Of a DNA stretch of 24,000 nucleotides, positions 8,445 through 14,455 are shown piece after piece (the stretch's first letter is position 1; each line of letters opens with the position of its first letter). Made by a program: the position numbers and the translations under genes. Source of the DNA: an uncultured Planctomycetaceae bacterium. GTDB taxonomy: Bacteria > Planctomycetota > Planctomycetia > Pirellulales > Lacipirellulaceae. The notes beneath the pieces are model-generated. The model was not told where the DNA came from. It saw only the letters and a program-made list of their open reading frames with translations, and did no database searches. The stretch is from assembly GCA_937925545.1 (NCBI GenBank), contig CALALR010000040.1, positions 125,258 through 149,257 of the forward strand, read 5' to 3'.

Positions 8445-8448
8445 TGCA

Positions 8449-9405
8449 TCATTCGGTGTTCATGGTTCCGACGACCTCGCGCACACTTGTAGCACCCAGT
8501 TCGTCAATTGCCCCGGGAAGTGCATCCAGCACTTCCATTGATGCCGATGGATTATAGAAGTTCACCGTGCCGAGTTGAACCGCCATTGCACCAGCCACAA
8601 GAAACTCCATCACATCTTCGATAGTGGCGATCCCTCCGATCCCAATGATAGGGGTTTCGGTTGCTTGGGCTGCCTGATACACGGCCCGCAAAGCGATAGG
8701 TTTGATTGCAGGACCGCTGAGCCCCCCCACGACATTTCCCAGCATCGGGCGCCTTCGCCGCCAGTCTACGGCCATTCCTTGACAGGTATTGATGAGTGAA
8801 ATCGCATCTGCTCCTCCCTCTGAAGCAGCGCGGGCCATTTCCGCGATACTGGTCACATTGGGAGTGAGCTTGGCAATAATCGGGTGAGACGAATTCTGGC
8901 GACACTCTTTGACGACCCGTTCACACATCTTGGTGTCCGTTCCGAAATCAACTCCTCCGCTCACATTTGGACACGAGATATTAAGTTCTACCGCCGCGAT
9001 CGCATCTTCTGCGGACAGCCGAGCTGCCATTTCGACAAACTCTTCATGGGTCCGACCCGCGATACTCACCACGATGGCAGTATTCAGTGAGGTTAAATAG
9101 GGCAAATGGTGGATGATGAACTGGTCGATACCATCGTTATCCAGCCCGATAGAATTTAGCATCCCTGAGGGAGTTTCAATTGTACGCCAGGGGGCATTCC
9201 CTTTCCGCGGCAGCTTCGTAATAGTCTTAGGCACTATCCCCCCGAGACGAGCGAGATCAACCAGAGACTCCATTTCTCGTGCATAGCCAAAAGTCCCTGA
9301 GGCAACCAGGATGGGGTTGGCCAGCATCAGTCGTCCCAGACTCACCTGCAAATCGGCTTGTTGCGGAGATGGTGGACTTGTGAGTGTCGGGAACTGTTCA
9401 GGCAT
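8449..9405 (-). CDS. pyrD: Dihydroorotate dehydrogenase, class 1 (Cys catalytic base)
   Basis: 318 aa with an ATG start. Blocks: LANPILVASGTFGY, GGIVPKTIT, ELNISCPNV (class-1 catalytic Cys), IAKLTPNV and GIGGIAT. No C-terminal ferredoxin domain, so it is not PreA-like. Confidence 0.92.
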   Translation of the reverse strand: MPEQFPTLTSPPSPQQADLQVSLGRLMLANPILVASGTFGYAREMESLVDLARLGGIVPKTITKLPRKGNAPWRTIETPSGMLNSIGLDNDGIDQFIIHHLPYLTSLNTAIVVSIAGRTHEEFVEMAARLSAEDAIAAVELNISCPNVSGGVDFGTDTKMCERVVKECRQNSSHPIIAKLTPNVTSIAEMARAASEGGADAISLINTCQGMAVDWRRRRPMLGNVVGGLSGPAIKPIALRAVYQAAQATETPIIGIGGIATIEDVMEFLVAGAMAVQLGTVNFYNPSASMEVLDALPGAIDELGATSVREVVGTMNTE

Positions 9406-9650
9406 GGCGGATATTCAAGAGGGGAATTTGGGAACGAACCGGTCAGTTTATCCTACCAGATTCCACATGCCTCTGCTCCAGGCCCTATCGAGAGATTATT
9501 GCGACATTCCCATAGCTTCAGAATGAATGAACAAAGTCCAATACCCAATGACCAAAATAGTATGCATACGGCCCAGGAGTTGGTCTTTGGGACTTCGTCT
9601 TTAGTCATTCAGGTACTCTTAGTACGTACCGGTAGCGCAGCTCCAACGTT

Positions 9651-9678
9651 TGGCACATTCGCGAAGCGAACTCTGCCA
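9651..9678 (-). terminator. Two-tier stem-loop 7 nt downstream of the small lipoprotein gene stop
   Basis: TGGCA(9651-9655)..TGCCA(9674-9678) encloses TTCGC-GAA-GCGAA (9658-9670). There is no U-tract afterwards, so function as an intrinsic terminator is uncertain. Confidence 0.3.
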
Positions 9679-9684
9679 ACGAGC

Positions 9685-9903
9685 CTAGATAATCCCGCCG
9701 TGTACGCTATAGGGCGTCAGGTGAGAAGGTTGATCGAGAAACCAGATGCGCTCCCATTCATCGAGCATAGCGCGTAGGTTCTCTGATGTGTTAATCAACT
9801 GCTGCGACCTCCGAGTCGGATCTGCCGAGTAGATCGGCAGCAGACAACCTGAATTGCCAGCCAACATACAGACAGTTGCCAGTACTAAGAGCCATTTACG
9901 CAT
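9685..9903 (-). CDS. Small putative lipoprotein (72 aa), unknown function
   Basis: ATG at 9903 preceded by a strong AAGGAGGAG about 9 nt upstream, which is rare in this window. It has an N-terminal signal peptide MRKWLLVLATVCMLAGNSGC with a lipobox-like Cys. No recognisable domain. Confidence 0.55.
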   Translation of the reverse strand: MRKWLLVLATVCMLAGNSGCLLPIYSADPTRRSQQLINTSENLRAMLDEWERIWFLDQPSHLTPYSVHGGII

Positions 9904-10265
9904 GGGCGTAGCTCCTCCTTGAGCATCGAAGCGAGTCCCAACAGCGCATGCAATTGGGTTGAACGCTTCCCATTAATTTGACAGTGATTCCAAGCCCGAG
10001 CGGACCCCGAATTGCTGCCAGTCCCACAAAAAACCAGTGAAAAGTTTGTGACAAACGTTACATCGCACAACCCGCTTACTCCGCTGCGAGTCGTCCTCAA
10101 GCCGTTTGTCTGGTAGAAAAGTCGAGTAAGAGTAGCAATCTCCATTTTCCGCGCCGAGAGCAGATTTCACTCCGCCCATCTGAATTCCCTGCAGTCGCGA
10201 GATTCGCGCGCAGGCAAGGCGTTAGCTGCCAGTGATTTGGTTTCCAACAGAGATATAGCTAGCAG

Positions 10266-10667
10266 CTAGGTGCCAGCTTTCGGAACGTAACTTGTTGGCG
10301 GGGAAAGAGTTTCGTGATTTGAACCAATCGGTGGAGCAGCACCAGTGGCTGCTCGGTGGGCCGCTTCTGCGGCGGCATTGGCTTGGCGCTCGAGTTCGTG
10401 AACTCGTTCTTCCATCTCTTTGCCAGGCTTGAAGGTCACAACAAACTTCTCGGGAACAAATACTTTTTCGCCGGTGCGGGGATTCCTTGCTTTGCGAGCA
10501 GCACGCCGTTTGACTTCAAAAACTCCAAAATTCCGCAGTTCAATTCGTCGGTCTTCGACGAGCGTCTCGACGATGGCGTCGAATGTCTTTTGGACAATTT
10601 CCTTCGTCTTCAATTGAGTCAGGCCAATTTCTTCAGAAATGGTCCTTACGATCTCTTTCTTGGTCAC
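10266..10667 (-). CDS. HU/IHF-family DNA-binding protein with C-terminal extension
   Basis: GTG start at 10667 with GGAGGA 8 nt upstream. It shows the HU/IHF fold signature ([68 protein letters not shown]). About 40 extra Ala/Pro-rich residues extend beyond the usual roughly 90-aa core. Confidence 0.9.
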   Translation of the reverse strand: MTKKEIVRTISEEIGLTQLKTKEIVQKTFDAIVETLVEDRRIELRNFGVFEVKRRAARKARNPRTGEKVFVPEKFVVTFKPGKEMEERVHELERQANAAAEAAHRAATGAAPPIGSNHETLSPPTSYVPKAGT

Positions 10668-10762
10668 GACGAGATCCTCCGCGAATAGCCCTTGTTAGGG
10701 ATCCAAAAGGTGCATCAACAGATGAGCTAAGTCTATTAAGTGAAAAATCTTCACTTGCCCCA

Positions 10763-10791
10763 AGTGTAATTGGCGCAAGGCTTAGTGTCAA
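10763..10791 (-). promoter_or_regulatory. Candidate sigma70-like promoter for the HU/IHF gene
   Basis: On the minus strand, TTGACA (10791-10786), a 17-nt spacer, then TACACT (10768-10763), about 95 nt upstream of the GTG start. The promoter consensus for this lineage is not known to me, so this is pattern match only. Confidence 0.3.
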
Positions 10792-11043
10792 GGTTTTCGC
10801 AAGTCGGTGAAGAACTTACGACACGGCCCCCAGCTGGGGACCAGCCTAAAATCGACCTGAATTAGACATCAAATTGTCAAAGATCAACCAGTAAATGGCG
10901 TTGAAACTGCTCAACCATCCCCAGGTAGCTATCTAACTGAGAATACGCAATTTACCCGTCCATCCACGTGGAATGCTTACCCATAGATCGGCGTTCGAAC
11001 CGGCAAACTTGAACTATTCCCTACACTTTGACAACTGCCCAGT

Positions 11044-11490
11044 TCACACGTTAAACACCGCAGCCTGCTCTTGAATCTGCTCAAGCTGATACAGTTTCCC
11101 TTTACCACTACCGGGGCACGACTCGCAGGTTTCTGCCCAGGCTTCGGGCGACTTGAGATTCGAGTTCCAGAATGGCCACGTGCGGCATTGTCGGGGACGT
11201 TCGCTGTAGACATTGCACTTGCAAGTTTGATTGTCGAAAAAGACGCAGTCGCCGTTGGCGAACTCCACCAAACTGCGGCGGATCCCAATCTGACGAACAT
11301 ACTTCGCTTCAAATTTATCGACTTTCATTCCCAGAAGCGCAGCCAAGGCATCGATCTCCTGCTGATTGACCCAGACATAGCCGGGGGCACCAGTGCAGCA
11401 GTCGCCGCACCCCGTGCATGTAAATCGTAGCCCCTCTTTGTACCAAGGTTCTTTAGCCGCGGCGTGTTTGTTCTTCGTAGATTTGGCCAT
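11044..11490 (-). CDS. YkgJ-family cysteine-cluster (zinc/iron-chelating, CxxCxxCC) protein
   Basis: 148 aa with an ATG start, 21 nt after the stop of the desulfurase gene. It carries the diagnostic FTCTGCGDCCTG motif plus additional Cys pairs (CKCNVY, CRTWPFW, CESCPG). Confidence 0.8.
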   Translation of the reverse strand: MAKSTKNKHAAAKEPWYKEGLRFTCTGCGDCCTGAPGYVWVNQQEIDALAALLGMKVDKFEAKYVRQIGIRRSLVEFANGDCVFFDNQTCKCNVYSERPRQCRTWPFWNSNLKSPEAWAETCESCPGSGKGKLYQLEQIQEQAAVFNV

Positions 11491-11511
11491 TCGAGAAAAT
11501 TGATTGTGAGA

Positions 11512-12708
11512 TTAGCAGGCGGGAGTCGCCAGCAAATTTTCCAATGCGGCAAGGGTTGAATCGATCTCTTCGATGCTCGTTGCCCAACCAGGACTGAGCC
11601 GCAACGTACCTCCGTCAGCCAGGGTGCCCAGTGCGCGGTGCATGCGCGGTGCGCAGTGAAGTCCAGCACGGCATTCCACGCCAGCTGACATTTCCAGCAT
11701 TGCGGACAATTCCTGTGGATCATAACCCTCAATCGTCAGACTGACCACACTCGTGCGAGGTTTTTCGACGGGAGGTCCATGAATGGTGACGCTCGGGAGT
11801 GATTCTAAACCATCAATGAGTCTTTTCGTGAGGGTCTGATGATGGTGTTGCACTGCTGATAAGCCCTGTTTTTGAAGATGCTCAGTCGCCGCTGCCAGTC
11901 CAGCCAGTCCGGGCAAATTCAGGTTTCCCGCCTCAAATCGCTGGGGTAGTTCTTGAGGATGCCTCTCGTCTTCACTCGACGTTCCCGTTCCCCCGCGTCG
12001 CAAGGGCCGAAGTTCGCCGAGGACGCGCTCTCCCAAGCAAAGTACACCCGTACCCAAGGGTCCAAGCAACCCCTTATGACCTGGAGCTGCAATCACATCT
12101 GCCTGGAAATCTTTCAGGTCAACAGGAATGTGCCCCAAAGTCTGAGCGGCATCCACCAGTAAAAACGCGCCATGAGAACGCACGACCGCGCCGATTTCTG
12201 CCATAGGCTGGATAGCACCAGTCACATTGGAAGCATGAATCACTACCACAAGTCGTGTATTTGGACGAAGTGCCAGACGTATTTCCTCCAGTGAGACATA
12301 CCCCACAGAATCGCAAGGGACGTAGCTCACTTCGATTCCACCTTCATCGGCTAAAAAATTCAGGGGTCGCAGAACGGAGTTATGCTCGCATTCTGTGGTG
12401 ACGACGTGGTCACCGGCACGGAGAATTCCCATTATTGCCATGTTGAGTGAATCCGTACCGCTGGCCGTGAAGACGACTCGATCGGAATTCTGGACGCCGA
12501 CGAGCTCTGCAACTCCACGCCGTGCTCGTTCGACCAAGCGTTGAGCCTGCTCGGCGGTGCGATAACTACTTCGCCCATGGGCGACCCCGAGGGCACGCTG
12601 ATAATGATCGACTGCCTCATAAACGCAATCAGGCTTAGGCCAACTCGTGGCGGCATTGTCTAAATAGATGCGGCGTCGACTTGAGGGGGTTGCTGCAATG
12701 GATTCCAC
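11512..12708 (-). CDS. Cysteine desulfurase-like class V aminotransferase (SufS/Csd-type)
   Basis: 398 aa. The GTG start at 12708 lies 2 nt after the moaA stop (TAA, 12711-12713). Blocks: IYLDNAATSWPKP, HASNVTG, PLP-Lys block GHKGLLGPLGTG, and active-site Cys block RAGLHCAP. Confidence 0.88.
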   Translation of the reverse strand: MESIAATPSSRRRIYLDNAATSWPKPDCVYEAVDHYQRALGVAHGRSSYRTAEQAQRLVERARRGVAELVGVQNSDRVVFTASGTDSLNMAIMGILRAGDHVVTTECEHNSVLRPLNFLADEGGIEVSYVPCDSVGYVSLEEIRLALRPNTRLVVVIHASNVTGAIQPMAEIGAVVRSHGAFLLVDAAQTLGHIPVDLKDFQADVIAAPGHKGLLGPLGTGVLCLGERVLGELRPLRRGGTGTSSEDERHPQELPQRFEAGNLNLPGLAGLAAATEHLQKQGLSAVQHHHQTLTKRLIDGLESLPSVTIHGPPVEKPRTSVVSLTIEGYDPQELSAMLEMSAGVECRAGLHCAPRMHRALGTLADGGTLRLSPGWATSIEEIDSTLAALENLLATPAC

Positions 12709-12710
12709 GT

Positions 12711-13748
12711 TTAGCCACCAATCTGATACATGGCCCGCTCGGGTTTCACAAAGTCTACTCCTCCCACACCATGAGCAGGCTGTTTGTGCCAGATACAGTC
12801 GCGGACCAGCGCGCGAATTTGATCATCGCTACCACCCTCTCGCAGGAGAGTCCGCGCATCCCATTCCCTGGTGGAAAACAAACAGTTACGCACTTTCCCC
12901 TCCGCTGTAATCCTCAGTCGATTGCAGTTCGAGCAGAAGGGCTCGCTGATGGGATTAATAAAACCAATCCGCCCCCGCCCATCGGCAAAATGAAAATCGA
13001 CGGCCGGTTGGCTCGGATCGAGACGCGCGCTCGGCAGGAGTGGACAGAACTCTGATTCCAACACTTGTCGGATCTCTTGGCTCGTGAGCACTTGCTCACT
13101 TTCCCAGTGATTGTCGGCATCGAGAGGCATGAATTCTATGAAACGCAGCTCAAAATCGTGCTCACGTGCGAACTCTGCCAGGGGAACAATCTCCGCTTCT
13201 GTAAGTCCACGGATCGCAATCGCATTGAGTCGTATCTCCGAGAATCCTGCCGCTCTTGCCGCAAAGATGCCCTTCAGTACACGGTTGAGACCACTACGAC
13301 GTGAGATTCTCTCAAATGTCTCCTCACTTAGGGAGTCGAGGCTCACGTTGAGTCGCTCGAGGCCTGCTGCTTTTAATTCAGCCGCTTGCTCGGCGAGCAA
13401 AATGCCATTGGTGGTGAGTGCCAAATCGTCGAGCCCCTTGATGCGGGCAAGCCTTGCCACCAGGCTTGGCAGTTCACTTCGCACCAGAGGTTCTCCCCCT
13501 GTAAGGCGAATCTTACGAATGCCGAGGGTGACAGCCACTCGGACAAATCGTTCGATCTCTTCGAAGGTGAGCAGTTCTTCCCTCGGGCGAAAATTGACGT
13601 TCTCCAACGGCATGCAATAGAAGCAGCGGATATTGCAACGATCAGTCACGCTCACCCGCAGCGAGGTGTGGACGCGACCCAACGTGTCAATCAAGGGACC
13701 CCCGGCATCGGACTCAATTGTGTTCAAGATAGGCAGGGTCGTGTTCAT
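12711..13748 (-). CDS. moaA: GTP 3',8-cyclase (radical SAM Moco biosynthesis protein A)
   Basis: Radical-SAM CNIRCFYC (CxxxCxxC), GGEPL, a C-terminal CSNCNRLRITAEG cluster and a terminal GG. The track start at 13805 is TTG. The ATG at 13748 forms an ATGA overlap with the moaE stop (13745-13747) and gives 345 aa. Confidence 0.95.
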   Translation of the reverse strand: MNTTLPILNTIESDAGGPLIDTLGRVHTSLRVSVTDRCNIRCFYCMPLENVNFRPREELLTFEEIERFVRVAVTLGIRKIRLTGGEPLVRSELPSLVARLARIKGLDDLALTTNGILLAEQAAELKAAGLERLNVSLDSLSEETFERISRRSGLNRVLKGIFAARAAGFSEIRLNAIAIRGLTEAEIVPLAEFAREHDFELRFIEFMPLDADNHWESEQVLTSQEIRQVLESEFCPLLPSARLDPSQPAVDFHFADGRGRIGFINPISEPFCSNCNRLRITAEGKVRNCLFSTREWDARTLLREGGSDDQIRALVRDCIWHKQPAHGVGGVDFVKPERAMYQIGG

Positions 13749-14197
13749 TGGTTCGCTGCTGCAGCATCTGGCGAGAGTTTCTTTGCAGGTTCGGGATGGA
13801 TCCAACTGCTAGATCCATCTGCCCAGTGTTCTTCTTTCCAGATTGGTACTCGGGACTTAAGGGTGTCGATCAACCATTCACCAGCGGCAAACGCCGCGCG
13901 CCGATGAGGGCTTGCAACAACGATGGCAACGCTTGCCTCGCCGAGCGGCACCTTTCCGACCCGATGCACGATAAAACATTCATCAATTTGCCAACGCTGG
14001 CGGGCCTCAGTTTCCAAAAGCTCTAGTTCGCGTTCGGCCATTTCATGATAGGCCTCGTAACGCAATTCGGTGGTTTCGCGACCAGCAGTATGCTGGCGGG
14101 TTACCCCAAGAAACAAGAGTACCGCACCAGAAGCAGGACTTTGCGCCTGCTGCACCAGTGTCTCGCTGTCGATGCGTTTTGTGGTGAGCTGAATCAT
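13745..14197 (-). CDS. moaE: Molybdopterin synthase catalytic subunit
   Basis: 150 aa with ATG at 14197, 12 nt after the moaD stop. MoaE-like blocks: GAVLLFLGVTR, LRYEAYHEMAE, IVHRVG, SVAIVVASPHR and PIWKEE. Confidence 0.92.
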   Translation of the reverse strand: MIQLTTKRIDSETLVQQAQSPASGAVLLFLGVTRQHTAGRETTELRYEAYHEMAERELELLETEARQRWQIDECFIVHRVGKVPLGEASVAIVVASPHRRAAFAAGEWLIDTLKSRVPIWKEEHWADGSSSWIHPEPAKKLSPDAAAANQ

Positions 14198-14209
14198 TAT
14201 TTCTCGTGT

Positions 14210-14455
14210 CTAACCGCCACTCACTGGAGGGATGCAGGCGATCTCTGCGGTAGCTGGAATGGGAGTGGATGCGTCTGCATATTCTGCGTCGATCGCAAAC
14301 AGAGCCTGGGAAAGCAAGATGGCGAGCTGGGGATATTCAACTTCCAGGGCACTTCGCAAGTCGCTCACCCTTGCCGGCTCAGCAAGTTCCACGATCACCT
14401 CTGCAGCCCCCACCGCCTCGCGGGCTGCCGCAAACATTTTCACCTTTACTTTCAT
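14210..14455 (-). CDS. moaD: Molybdopterin synthase sulfur-carrier subunit (MoaD/ThiS fold)
   Basis: 81 aa with a beta-grasp-like start (MKVKVKMFAAAREAVG) and a C-terminal ..IPPVSGG. Its ATG (14455-14453) overlaps the TGA (14454-14452) of the upstream FAD/Fe-S gene as ATGA. Confidence 0.9.
   Translation of the reverse strand: MKVKVKMFAAAREAVGAAEVIVELAEPARVSDLRSALEVEYPQLAILLSQALFAIDAEYADASTPIPATAEIACIPPVSGG

Noticed and set aside
9469-9482. PyrR-binding-loop-like sequence (minus strand GGAGCAGAGGC) upstream of pyrD
   Set aside because: It only partly resembles the UCCAGAGAGG core, there is no anti-terminator/terminator arrangement, and no pyrR is evident.
9631-9645. GGTAGCGCAGC, reminiscent of a tRNA D-arm
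   Set aside because: There is no matching T-loop or acceptor stem within 90 nt on either strand.
9311-9777. 139-aa and 71-aa + strand ORFs in the pyrD / lipoprotein spacer
   Set aside because: They overlap the 5' end of pyrD and the 3' end of the lipoprotein gene. The sequences look like noise and have no RBS.
10044-10056. 13-nt palindrome GTTTGTGACAAAC, and the 12-nt palindrome CCCCAGCTGGGG at 10828-10839
   Set aside because: Six-bp-arm palindromes are expected several times by chance in 24 kb. There is no second copy and no obvious relation to a promoter.
9885-10179. 86-aa and 68-aa minus-strand ORFs in the 362-nt spacer below the HU/IHF gene
   Set aside because: They have no RBS, and their composition is odd (Cys/Gly/Ser-rich, with no hydrophobic core or motif). 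One overlaps the lipoprotein start. The region is kept as non-coding of unknown function instead.
10991-11003. GGTTCGAA-like T-loop sequence (possible tRNA)
   Set aside because: The flanks do not form a T-arm (GCCGG versus GCCGA are not complementary), and no acceptor, D or anticodon arms can be drawn. It is just an 8-bp GTTCGAAC palindrome.
10977-11732. 111-aa and 135-aa minus-strand ORFs overlapping the YkgJ and desulfurase genes
   Set aside because: They are out-of-frame overlaps with genes that carry clear family motifs.
13111-13907. 169-aa and 173-aa + strand ORFs opposite moaA/moaE
   Set aside because: These are shadow ORFs of strongly supported genes. The sequences are low-complexity and Ser/Arg-rich, and they have no start context.
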